Origin: a virus
IMG/VR virus record: IMGVR_UViG_3300032213_002091
Coordinates: 1 to 64,000 of that record
Length of the DNA stretch: 64,000 bases
Reading direction: 5' to 3' (one strand)
Of this stretch, positions 55,822 to 64,000 are shown in pieces. The translations under genes and the position numbers were made by a program. Within the stretch, counting starts at the first letter, position 1; each line of letters opens with the position of its first letter. The notes below the pieces were generated by a model, which saw only the letters and a program-made list of their open reading frames with translations, ran no database searches and had not been told where the DNA came from.

Positions 55822-56853
55822 ATGGCCGTAACAAAACAAATTTACTCGCTGACAGTTGGCTTCAGCCAGACCGACGTCATTGATCAACTGGAGCAAGCCC
55901 TCATTGACGCGGGTTTGATGACGGGTTGGCACGACTCTTTTACGTCCGGAGCCCGCGCATACGGTGTGTTTGAGTGCGTTTACGATCCCACGAAAACGTT
56001 TGGAACCACCTACTACTTGTTCACTATTGAGCAACAGCGAATCGGTGTTTCAATCGGAACGGGTTGGGATACCGCTACGAACACCTTTACAGGGACACAG
56101 TACCTGGACTACTTTCTTCAGCCCCCGGATATTCAGGTTTATGGGAACTACGGTGCCACAGCCATCGGTCAGCCGGGTGTTGAAACGTACAGTAACACCA
56201 CTACCTTTAACATTTATCGCTACACATCCACGGTCAACAGCAATCAGAGTTGGTTCGTATTTCAGCAAGGTTTCAACATAAGTTACCCCTTCACCTTCCA
56301 CAACCCTGCGGAGACCCTTTACCCTTGGTTGGATCTGGATCTAGGCATGATTCCGGGCCTTTACGCAACTATCTGCGGTGTAAATTACAACGCAGGTGCC
56401 ACAAGTTTCTGCCTCCAGTCGAACATTCGTCGTGCCTACCCGTACGGGCAGGTCTTAACGGGCTACTCAAACTACTACGGCAATGATACTTTCAACGGTC
56501 TTAAGACTCCATCCTACACCTACTACGGCTGCGGTAAAACGAACAATGCTGCGACCTACAACTTTCCCCCAGGGGGCGCCAAAATCGTTATTCCGGTAGG
56601 GTCGCCCGACGCGAACCCCGCTTACTCTCAAAATTACGTTCCGATCTGCTCCGATCTACCTTGGACCCCGTTCTCTTCTTCTCCCTTGGCGACGGATTTC
56701 GGTGTCTACATGCATTACGCGAACAACACTCTGAACTTTGAAGATCGGTTCGTCGTTGACCCTGGCGTTGAAGAGTGGGAAATTCTGTACTGTGTGAATA
56801 ATCCTACGGTCACAACCGGTGCGAGTTCGACATTCCTGGCTCGCGTGGTCTGA
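55822..56853 (+). CDS. putative virion structural protein (343 aa)
   Basis: Tyr/Thr/Asn-rich ORF in the fibre region. Confidence 0.6.
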   Translation: MAVTKQIYSLTVGFSQTDVIDQLEQALIDAGLMTGWHDSFTSGARAYGVFECVYDPTKTFGTTYYLFTIEQQRIGVSIGTGWDTATNTFTGTQYLDYFLQPPDIQVYGNYGATAIGQPGVETYSNTTTFNIYRYTSTVNSNQSWFVFQQGFNISYPFTFHNPAETLYPWLDLDLGMIPGLYATICGVNYNAGATSFCLQSNIRRAYPYGQVLTGYSNYYGNDTFNGLKTPSYTYYGCGKTNNAATYNFPPGGAKIVIPVGSPDANPAYSQNYVPICSDLPWTPFSSSPLATDFGVYMHYANNTLNFEDRFVVDPGVEEWEILYCVNNPTVTTGASSTFLARVV

Positions 56854-56855
56854 CG

Positions 56856-57089
56856 ATGGCCACCTTTCCGATTGGCGACGATTTTATTTACGATCTTGTC
56901 AACTCCACCTCTTTCACAGAGGTAACTGATGGTAGCCAGCCGGTTTTATCGCCAAAATTGTTAGTGATTAGTAACAACCGAATCAGCCTCGACTTATTTC
57001 CCTCGGAGGATTGCCCAACTCTGCCAAATCAGGGTCAAGTTTGGCCGCAAGGGTTATTCTTCGGGTCTTACGCTAACCGCGCAAACTAA
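56856..57089 (+). CDS. small protein, short paralog of 57154
   Basis: Shares MATFPIGDDFI...STSFTEVxDGSQ and PTLPxxGQxWP. Confidence 0.6.
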   Translation: MATFPIGDDFIYDLVNSTSFTEVTDGSQPVLSPKLLVISNNRISLDLFPSEDCPTLPNQGQVWPQGLFFGSYANRAN

Positions 57090-57153
57090 GCCCCCAGTCG
57101 TTCCGAGTTGATCTCGTTGATTACTCTAGTCTGTGTTAAATTGACGATGTAAG

Positions 57154-58242
57154 ATGGCAACTTTTCCGATTGGCGACGACTTTATCTTCAACCTTGTTAG
57201 CTCCACTTCGTTTACAGAGGTGAGTGATGGCAGCCAAGGGGAATTGTTGCCAAGGTATTGGTCTGCCCAAGGGTTACTTGATCTACTTCCGGGCTTCACG
57301 TCTTTCACGCCCATACTTAACCAGACGAGCCAAGTGTCCGTTCGCACTTGGCCCGCTCAAGGTTTACTCAACCTGCTGCCGGGGTTCACGTCTCTGACGC
57401 CCCTGGTTAATCAAACAAGTCAGGTGTCGGTTAAAACTTTCGTTGCGACGAACACACTAAACTTGAATCTGCCAAACGCACCCACTTGCAACTGGCCGAC
57501 CCTTCCAACTACGGGACAAATCTGGCCGTTAAACAATTACTTCTACGAGTACGTGCCAGCTCCCCCTGCACCCACGGACCCAATTCCAGCATTGTCCCCC
57601 GTTCTCTGGTATGACTTTGCCGATGAATCGACTGTTACCACTTCGGGAACTGCGATCACTTCGGTTACAGACAAGGGCAGCAATGGCTGGACATTATCAG
57701 TTGGCGGCACAAGCCCTCAGTATGTAACTGGCATTAATGGCAATAAGTGTTTAGATTGGGGCGTAAGTCCGTCTCATGCCAACTTCATGTACAACAGCAG
57801 CAGCACTTCTACAACAATCGGCGAAGTGTACGTTGTTGTTGATGCTAGTTTTGGTGGCACTGCAGGTAACTATGCCGGTCTTTTTACCTCATACAACAAC
57901 GCCTGGTACATGCTGGCATTCTCTTCATCTCTTGATGAGTCGGGCACAGGTTTCAATCAGCTATTTGTCAATGGTGGCACCAGCAACAGGTTCTCAGGGG
58001 GATTGTTTACCTCGCCTTCGATCGACAACCCTGCGATCATGCGTATCAACAACTCATCTGGCACCGCATTCAACACAACCGGTGGCTTTGAAATCGGCAA
58101 TGATCGCGGAAACTCCAGCCTCAATCGCGGCTGGCCTGGCTTGATTGGGGAGTACATTGTCTTTCCCTCCGTTCTAAGCCCCACCGACCGCGATTCTGTG
58201 CAGGCATGGCTTGCCTCCAAATGGGGCATCACGCTGGTTTGA
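57154..58242 (+). CDS. structural protein with C-terminal LamG/ConA-like domain
   Basis: PVLWYDFAD...VTDKGSNG...GLIGEYIVF...LASKWGI; internal 30-aa duplication. Confidence 0.7.
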   Translation: MATFPIGDDFIFNLVSSTSFTEVSDGSQGELLPRYWSAQGLLDLLPGFTSFTPILNQTSQVSVRTWPAQGLLNLLPGFTSLTPLVNQTSQVSVKTFVATNTLNLNLPNAPTCNWPTLPTTGQIWPLNNYFYEYVPAPPAPTDPIPALSPVLWYDFADESTVTTSGTAITSVTDKGSNGWTLSVGGTSPQYVTGINGNKCLDWGVSPSHANFMYNSSSTSTTIGEVYVVVDASFGGTAGNYAGLFTSYNNAWYMLAFSSSLDESGTGFNQLFVNGGTSNRFSGGLFTSPSIDNPAIMRINNSSGTAFNTTGGFEIGNDRGNSSLNRGWPGLIGEYIVFPSVLSPTDRDSVQAWLASKWGITLV

Positions 58243-58248
58243 CCGCAG

Positions 58249-58256
58249 GGGTAAAA
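58249..58256 (+). promoter_or_regulatory. GGGTAAAA motif
   Basis: 28 nt before ATG 58285. Confidence 0.7.
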
Positions 58257-58284
58257 CCTCCTATAAAGGGTTTAAGTTTGTTGT

Positions 58285-59061
58285 ATGCCAACTCTAATTT
58301 TCCCGTCGCCTGCTTACAACGGACAGATCTACCCTGATCCCCCCATCGTAGGTGTAGATCAATATCAGTATAACGAGCAATTTGACACTTGGGAGTTGCT
58401 TTCAAGCGGACCTGGACCGGTTGGGCCTGTCGGGCCACCGGGACCGCCAGGACCTTCTGGCACTCCGGGTACTCCCGGAACTTCTGGTTCACCTGGACCT
58501 ACAGGTTCACCTGGACCTACAGGTTCACCTGGGCCTACAGGACCAACTGGTACTCCTGGAAATAATGGGACTCCTGGTTCACCGGGTACTCCTGGGACTC
58601 CTGGTTCACCTGGGCCTACAGGTTCGCCGGGGCCGGAAGGACCTACGGGACCTGTGGGGCCTCCCGGGGGAGGGTCAGAATATACTTTCACGGACTTTAC
58701 AACAAGCGTACTTCCTGCAGGAGGAGTGCAAGACTTCCAACTTGCGTTGGGTGGTTTATTCCACTTGGTGGCAATTTCTTCGGACTTGCCTATGTGGATT
58801 CGCGTTTACGGGGACTCAGCATCGAGAGCCGCTGACACAAGGACATCTCCGGGAGGAACTCCCCCTTTAAGCGGAACCGGTTTCTATGCCGAAGTTGTAA
58901 CGACCACGGCAGACGAGACAATCGACTTCGCACCCTTGCCAGCGGTTTATGCAGGGTTTGGCCTAACTTTCTTCAGAGTGGTAAACATGGGAGTCAGCTC
59001 TGTGGCTTTCCAGTTGCAGTTCAAAACGGTCGAAGTCGTTCCTGGCCTCACACCTGGCTGA
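58285..59061 (+). CDS. collagen-like protein
   Basis: Long uninterrupted G-X-Y run ([12 protein letters not shown]). Confidence 0.8.
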   Translation: MPTLIFPSPAYNGQIYPDPPIVGVDQYQYNEQFDTWELLSSGPGPVGPVGPPGPPGPSGTPGTPGTSGSPGPTGSPGPTGSPGPTGPTGTPGNNGTPGSPGTPGTPGSPGPTGSPGPEGPTGPVGPPGGGSEYTFTDFTTSVLPAGGVQDFQLALGGLFHLVAISSDLPMWIRVYGDSASRAADTRTSPGGTPPLSGTGFYAEVVTTTADETIDFAPLPAVYAGFGLTFFRVVNMGVSSVAFQLQFKTVEVVPGLTPG

Positions 59062-59070
59062 TAAAATCCT

Positions 59071-60507
59071 ATGGCACTCGACAAAGTTCAACTGCTGAAT
59101 AATACCGGGGTAGCAGCCGGAACATACGTTAACCCGAACCTCACCGTAACCTCTGACGGCAGAATTTCGAGTATTTCTTCGGATCCTACTCCTGGCCCTG
59201 CGGGACCACCTGGTACTCCGGGAACTAACGGGACTCCTGGTTCACCTGGGCCTACAGGTTCTCCTGGACCTACAGGGCCAACCGGTCCAACCGGGCCAAC
59301 TGGTACTCCGGGGAATGATGGGACTCCTGGTTCACCGGGGCCTACAGGTCCAACTGGTACTCCTGGAACTGACGGGACTCCTGGTTCCCCTGGGCCTACG
59401 GGTCCAACCGGTGATCCTGGCACCCCTGGAACTGACGGGACTCCTGGTTCCCCTGGGCCTACAGGACCAACCGGTGATCCTGGCACCCCTGGAACTGACG
59501 GGACTCCTGGTTCCCCTGGGCCTACAGGACCAACCGGTCCAACTGGGCCTACAGGACCCACAGGTCCCACACCGTTCATCCCCTCCGGATCCCCGGCAAA
59601 TAAAATTGTCTCCCCGTTAGAAGTTTTAACAGGAACTTACTTCTGTAATGATTTCACCCTTAACAGTGGCACAAGCTGCTACATTCGGGACACGGTTTAC
59701 ATCATGGCCCGTGGCAACGTAATTATCGACGGCCTTATATCAGGCGACGGATCCACCGCGAATGGTCCTCCCCCGATGAATTATGCCTATTTAGGGAGCC
59801 AATGGATTTCAACAGGGGTTGGCCAAGGCGGTCAGTTTGGAAACTACGGAAACTACAACGGTGCAGGTATTGCCGGAGGGCGGACGTCCATAGGCGGTTT
59901 GGCCTCTGACGCGATTGTGAATTTACGCGGTTCAGATGGTGCCTCAGGGTACATGGCTAATTCGGACACGGTAACCGTTTCTGGTCATTACTCTTCGGGG
60001 GGTCTTGCCGGAAAGACCCTCATCATTCGAGCGTTAGGATCCATTCTAATTGGTCCCAGTGCTGTAATTAACTGCAATGGGGCCTGGGGACAAAATTGGA
60101 ACCTTCTATTCCCCTTCCCCGCGACGCTTTTGTACTCAGGTGCCGGTGGTGGATCAGGGGGCGCAATTATTTTAGACGCTGACGGGGATTGCATCAATAG
60201 TGGGAGTCTTGCCGCCACCGGTGGCAACGGAAGCGATGGTCTAAATGGTACTTATGGTGGTGGTGGTGGTGGTGGTGGTATTATTATCGTTCAGTCGCGT
60301 TATGGGACCTCCTCGGTAGGGACTGCGATTGTAAGCGGGGGACTTGCGGGCAACAGTTCAGGTACTACCTTGGGTTCAGGGGGCGGAGGAGGTTGCGGTG
60401 GGTTTGGCGGAAATGGGGGATTCGGGTACGTACCTGGTGATCCCACTCCTGTTGCTCCGTATAACGGCCTAGCAGGAGTTGTTCGACAATGGGGTACTCC
60501 TTGGTAA
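59071..60507 (+). CDS. collagen-like tail fibre with Gly-rich C-terminal domain
   Basis: [10 protein letters not shown]-terminus; ~40 G-X-Y triplets; [10 protein letters not shown] and [10 protein letters not shown] motifs. Confidence 0.8.
   Translation: MALDKVQLLNNTGVAAGTYVNPNLTVTSDGRISSISSDPTPGPAGPPGTPGTNGTPGSPGPTGSPGPTGPTGPTGPTGTPGNDGTPGSPGPTGPTGTPGTDGTPGSPGPTGPTGDPGTPGTDGTPGSPGPTGPTGDPGTPGTDGTPGSPGPTGPTGPTGPTGPTGPTPFIPSGSPANKIVSPLEVLTGTYFCNDFTLNSGTSCYIRDTVYIMARGNVIIDGLISGDGSTANGPPPMNYAYLGSQWISTGVGQGGQFGNYGNYNGAGIAGGRTSIGGLASDAIVNLRGSDGASGYMANSDTVTVSGHYSSGGLAGKTLIIRALGSILIGPSAVINCNGAWGQNWNLLFPFPATLLYSGAGGGSGGAIILDADGDCINSGSLAATGGNGSDGLNGTYGGGGGGGGIIIVQSRYGTSSVGTAIVSGGLAGNSSGTTLGSGGGGGCGGFGGNGGFGYVPGDPTPVAPYNGLAGVVRQWGTPW
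59362..59525 (+). repeat. 63-bp coding tandem repeat in collagen region
   Basis: CCTGGAACTGACGGGACTCCTGGTTCCCCTGGGCCTAC at 59362, 59425 and 59488. Confidence 0.85.
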
Positions 60508-60839
60508 TGACTTTAGACACAAACATGAACTATTCTGTCACTGATTGCTACTACGCGGATGTAGACCACAAAACCATAGCTTGCTGGCTAGAGATACCAG
60601 ATGCTGAAAAAATGTTTCTACTTCTTACGGCGGACGCTCCCGATTCAACAGCAACTTTTTATGAAAACGCCCTGAACGGAGATTATGGGCCCATCACAAG
60701 TTACGCTGACTCTCACTGGTATTGCACACTACACGGGTTTTACTGGAATAACCAGTACTACGGTTTAGGGGATGTGATGATTTCCCCTTCTGGAGAACAA
60801 CCTCCCAACGCAACTCAAACACCCCCTCCACGACCCTGA
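60507..60839 (+). CDS. putative tail fibre assembly protein
   Basis: TAATG coupling; YADVDHKTI...FYENALNGDYGPI pattern. Confidence 0.55.
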   Translation: MTLDTNMNYSVTDCYYADVDHKTIACWLEIPDAEKMFLLLTADAPDSTATFYENALNGDYGPITSYADSHWYCTLHGFYWNNQYYGLGDVMISPSGEQPPNATQTPPPRP

Positions 60840-60845
60840 GCTAAA

Positions 60846-61178
60846 ATGTTACAACCCCAAAACCTATTTGTCAGCTGGGACGGAGAGGGCTGGCGTCAGT
60901 CCCCCTTTGACTGGAACAACTCTCTGGATGACTCGAAAGAGTTTATGATCTCCCAGACGAATTCTTTCGCTTACAAAACTCTCTCCCCAAGCGACTGGTA
61001 CGTTACACGTCAAGTTGAAGCGGCGGTTCCCGTTCCAGCGGAACTGGGTGCATGGCGGCAGGAAATCCGAGACGCAGCCAGAGTCAAGAGAGAAAGTGTG
61101 CTGGAATGCGACACGAAAGAAGAGCTGAACACGTACACCAAGAGCGAAGAATACCTGTTCTGGCCTGATCAACCCTGA
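60846..61178 (+). CDS. putative tail fibre assembly chaperone
   Basis: LSPSDWYVTR...WRQEIRD...WPDQP pattern. Confidence 0.65.
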   Translation: MLQPQNLFVSWDGEGWRQSPFDWNNSLDDSKEFMISQTNSFAYKTLSPSDWYVTRQVEAAVPVPAELGAWRQEIRDAARVKRESVLECDTKEELNTYTKSEEYLFWPDQP

Positions 61179-61217
61179 TATTTATTTCAAGACTTAAAAA
61201 TCAAGACTTAACCTTAG

Positions 61218-61225
61218 GGGTAAAA
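61218..61225 (+). promoter_or_regulatory. GGGTAAAA motif
   Basis: 26 nt before ATG 61252. Confidence 0.7.
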
Positions 61226-61251
61226 TACCAAAAAGAAGGTGTGAAATTTCA

Positions 61252-62667
61252 ATGACACTCGACAAAGTTCAACTCCTGGACGACAGCGGGGTAACCCCTG
61301 GAAGTTACACCCTTACCAATCTTACGGTGGGTGCGGATGGAAGACTCACAGCCGCTTCTAGTGGCTCTCTGAATGCTACAGGTGTGACTCCTGGAAGTTA
61401 CAATCTTTCCAGCATTACGGTGGGTGCGGATGGGAGACTCACAGCCGCTTCCACTCCCACAAGTATTAACTTGCCTTCTATCGCAAACCCCGGTGACGGG
61501 GATATCACTAGTGCGGGTGGGTCCGACGGAATATTCACTATATCCAACTCGTCTAACGACACACCAATGTTGCTAGGGGCCACAACAGGTGGTGTTATGG
61601 GTCCTAAAGTTGTATTAGATCCTCGTCCGAGCAACTGTTACACGTGGCCTTTCGTTCTGCCGGGGTCATCCCCTAATGGTTATTTCTATGTCAAAGGTAA
61701 CTTACTACTTGGAACTCAGTTTGATGACTCGGGGGAACTATCCAGCACAGGTGGCAGTGACGGCAATTTCGGCATATTTAATGGAGCGGAAACCCTAGGC
61801 GACCCTATCAACACTACCTCAAGGTCTATTTCTTTCTGGACAAAAACTTACTCAAATAATAACACGGAGTGCAGATTTACTATTAACCAGTACGGTTCTA
61901 CATCTCTTCAAAGTTTGGGGTACTTAGGTCAACTTATTGGTGTAGGTGGTGGTGCTTTAGGGTCCAGCGATATGGTCGTTGATGGTGGCACTGATGGGCA
62001 GTTCGTTATTTTCAATAACAGCGGCGCTGCTGCCAGGATGATATCCCTTGCCATTAACAACGAATCTTTAAATGGGCCCGACGCATTGCTCCGGTGCTAC
62101 AGGGATGGTGGTACTGGAGCACGCATTGTAGATTGCCCCCTCCCTGGAACTACCTTTGATGTGAACGGTACTAAACTGTTCCGAATCGAACATCCTATCG
62201 ATAGCTCTAAAGACCTCGTTCATGTTTCAATCGAAGGGCCAAGAGCCGATCTAATTTACCGCGGAAACGTAAAACTCATAAACGGTGGGGCGACCGTCGA
62301 TTTAGACGAAGAGTATGGGCTGATTCCGGGAACTTGGAAGTCGCTTTGCAGAAACCCCCAGGTTTGGATTACAAGTGTAGATGGTTGGGAGCCCTGCAAA
62401 GGCTCCGTTTCTGACCAAATCCTTACAATATACTCCAAAGACTCAAATTCTAAGGAAACAGTTAGCTGGTTGGTGGTGGCGGAACGGAAGGATTCGGCTA
62501 TGTATGGCCCCTCTAGTGATGAAGAGGGTAGACCGATTCTTGAACCAAACAGAAGGCCCCCAAACAACCCTCACCCCTACCCGGATTTTCCAAATTCACC
62601 AGTTCAACAGACTCAGTCAAACTCTAGTGAGAGTTCTTCAGAAGACGACGCAGCAAAACTTCCATAA
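61252..62667 (+). CDS. tail fibre-like protein, paralog of 54644
   Basis: Same N-terminal repeats and a near-identical C-terminal domain (LDEEYGLIPGTW...CRNPQVW...SVDGWE). Confidence 0.72.
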   Translation: MTLDKVQLLDDSGVTPGSYTLTNLTVGADGRLTAASSGSLNATGVTPGSYNLSSITVGADGRLTAASTPTSINLPSIANPGDGDITSAGGSDGIFTISNSSNDTPMLLGATTGGVMGPKVVLDPRPSNCYTWPFVLPGSSPNGYFYVKGNLLLGTQFDDSGELSSTGGSDGNFGIFNGAETLGDPINTTSRSISFWTKTYSNNNTECRFTINQYGSTSLQSLGYLGQLIGVGGGALGSSDMVVDGGTDGQFVIFNNSGAAARMISLAINNESLNGPDALLRCYRDGGTGARIVDCPLPGTTFDVNGTKLFRIEHPIDSSKDLVHVSIEGPRADLIYRGNVKLINGGATVDLDEEYGLIPGTWKSLCRNPQVWITSVDGWEPCKGSVSDQILTIYSKDSNSKETVSWLVVAERKDSAMYGPSSDEEGRPILEPNRRPPNNPHPYPDFPNSPVQQTQSNSSESSSEDDAAKLP

Positions 62668-63368
62668 AGTCCTTCCGGAGTCTCATATTCACCGCAACCC
62701 TTACTTCGGTTGGCACTGGCGAGGACGATTGCGTACCTCGCCTTTTCATTATGGAACTTTTTCCACGACTCCCAGAGCGCCTCGAGTCGAAACTTCTTCG
62801 CAGTCGGCGGACCAACCAACGCAATGTCCGTGTACTTCAGTTTATTTTCAGTCATGAAAATATCGGCAATCTCGCTGAACGACAGCCCAGTATGATCGAC
62901 GTCTGTGCGCATTCCTCGACGAATTTGCTTGCCCGTTAGGCAGCAGACGCAGGGCAACTCAACCTGATCTCGAAATCTCTTCAACTGATCTTTGACGGCG
63001 CCACGCATCGCAGACTTCACGGCATTGTAATGTTTTTCCTCCGAAGTTGCCGCAGTGGCGATCTTCTTGGTCGGATACAACGCCTCCACCAGCTTGCTCT
63101 TTGAAATCGGCTGGCGAGTTCCAGCTCTCTCGAGTGAGAGCATCTTCACTTTTCGCCCACCGGCAATCTCAACGTTGCGAAGGTAAACAGCAGTCTCAGA
63201 ATCCTGGCCCAGTTTCCCCCACTGTTCGGTCAATCGGCAGCTGCGAAGAATGAACTCGGCAGGCTCACCACACAGACGACTGCCTGCGCGATGGTTGCCA
63301 ATTATTCGGCCAATCTTTTCGTTGTACTGACCTTTGTTCAGATCGAAAGTAGTTTTTCCAAGTGTCAT
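62613..63368 (-). CDS. hypothetical protein, possible HNH-fold nuclease
   Basis: CCLTG...TDVDH...WKKFH...ANRSKG; its 3' end overlaps the convergent gene by 55 nt. Confidence 0.55.
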   Translation of the reverse strand: MTLGKTTFDLNKGQYNEKIGRIIGNHRAGSRLCGEPAEFILRSCRLTEQWGKLGQDSETAVYLRNVEIAGGRKVKMLSLERAGTRQPISKSKLVEALYPTKKIATAATSEEKHYNAVKSAMRGAVKDQLKRFRDQVELPCVCCLTGKQIRRGMRTDVDHTGLSFSEIADIFMTENKLKYTDIALVGPPTAKKFRLEALWESWKKFHNEKARYAIVLASANRSKGCGEYETPEGLYGSFAASSSEELSLEFD

Positions 63369-63407
63369 GACATATTTCGCGGAATATCCCGCAGTTTCCC
63401 TCGATAA

Positions 63408-63415
63408 CTTTACCC
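63408..63415 (-). promoter_or_regulatory. GGGTAAAG variant motif (minus strand)
   Basis: One mismatch to the octamer; 39 nt upstream of the minus-strand ATG at 63368. Confidence 0.45.
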
Positions 63416-63445
63416 ACCACGGCTCTCGCTATAGTGAATGAGTGA

Positions 63446-63817
63446 GTGGTACCCGTCGATGTGAACACCGTTATTCGTCAACGCGACGACCTACGACTGC
63501 TGGAAGGCACGCAGGTTGAATGTTCGGGTCGGGTCAAAGAGTTTCGCCGCCACGAAAAACGTCAAGACCTTGACACCATTCTCCTTGTCAGCTTGATCGT
63601 TACTCCCCTACCAATCGGAGAGTCGATTCTGGTTAGCCACCTGTGGTTTCTTCGCCGCCAGTTCAAGAAGATTGGTCGCGTGCCAGAGCAAAACGAGCGT
63701 GTCAAATTCTTCGGGGAAATCTACTGTTACACTCGCCTCGGAGGGAAATCCATCGACCGAAACCTGTTCGGATCTACCGACTACGGGATTAAGCCACTAA
63801 GTTACAATGCAAATTGA
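63446..63817 (+). CDS. hypothetical protein (123 aa)
   Basis: GTG ORF preceded by TATAGT; the start is uncertain. Confidence 0.55.
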   Translation: MVPVDVNTVIRQRDDLRLLEGTQVECSGRVKEFRRHEKRQDLDTILLVSLIVTPLPIGESILVSHLWFLRRQFKKIGRVPEQNERVKFFGEIYCYTRLGGKSIDRNLFGSTDYGIKPLSYNAN

Positions 63818-64000
63818 GATTGTCAACCACTTCACCAACACCGGAAAAGAGTTCTTTCGATTTGAACTCTACGACGGGCCAGACGGAATCGAGCACGTAA
63901 GCGGTTTCGCCTCCGATCTGGTTGAAGCTTTCAGCAAGATTATTGAGTGGAGAGAGCGAATCGGCCAAGACTACTACAACGAAATTAACGATGAAACCGA
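63807..64000 (+). CDS. hypothetical protein, 5' part (runs off window)
   Basis: ATG 63807 (MQIEIVNHFTNTGKEFF...) is open to the window end. Confidence 0.55.
   Translation, partial: MQIEIVNHFTNTGKEFFRFELYDGPDGIEHVSGFASDLVEAFSKIIEWRERIGQDYYNEINDET

Noticed and set aside
58400-59570. Dense short direct repeats as a possible CRISPR array
   Set aside because: The repeats are in-frame G-X-Y collagen codons with no unique spacers, and no cas genes are present.
60256-60279. (GGT)8 microsatellite as a phase-variation switch
   Set aside because: The triplet repeat encodes poly-Gly in a Gly-rich domain, so slippage would keep the frame.
1-64000. tRNA or rRNA genes
   Set aside because: No cloverleaf or rRNA-like sequence was seen in the short intergenic gaps; tRNAscan-SE would be needed to exclude them formally.

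Overview
The window is a 64-kb, almost entirely plus-strand segment of a large tailed-phage genome with a contractile tail (myovirus morphology). The host is probably a cyanobacterium, which is an inference. It begins with a family-A DNA polymerase of the mitochondrial Pol-gamma type, as known from cyanophages S-TIM5 and A-HIS1/2. A scrambled Mu/P2-like morphogenesis region follows: tail chaperone with a -1 frameshift, gpG-like protein, giant sheath, gp25, DUF935 portal, protease-scaffold, MuF-like protein, capsid, tube, baseplate, gp36/gp37-like proteins and terminase. Next come an inverted fatty-acid-desaturase cassette, phoH, a ~9-kb cluster of small charged proteins, and ~18 kb of tail-fibre, collagen-like and chaperone genes with a 2OG-Fe(II) oxygenase. 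Four signals stand out. (1) The octamer GGGTAAAA sits at gene boundaries at least 21 times, always oriented with the downstream gene, and is a candidate phage late promoter. (2) The 35.9-44.8 kb cluster looks like a capsid-cargo system: its proteins share [FY]-x-E motifs with the protease-scaffold, and an identically spaced Cys4 tag is fused to an HNH nuclease in one gene and a protein kinase in another. (3) Two related structured 5' leaders precede the two capsid genes. (4) A prolyl-hydroxylase-like enzyme sits among collagen-repeat fibre genes. All calls come from motif recognition by eye; no database searches were run.
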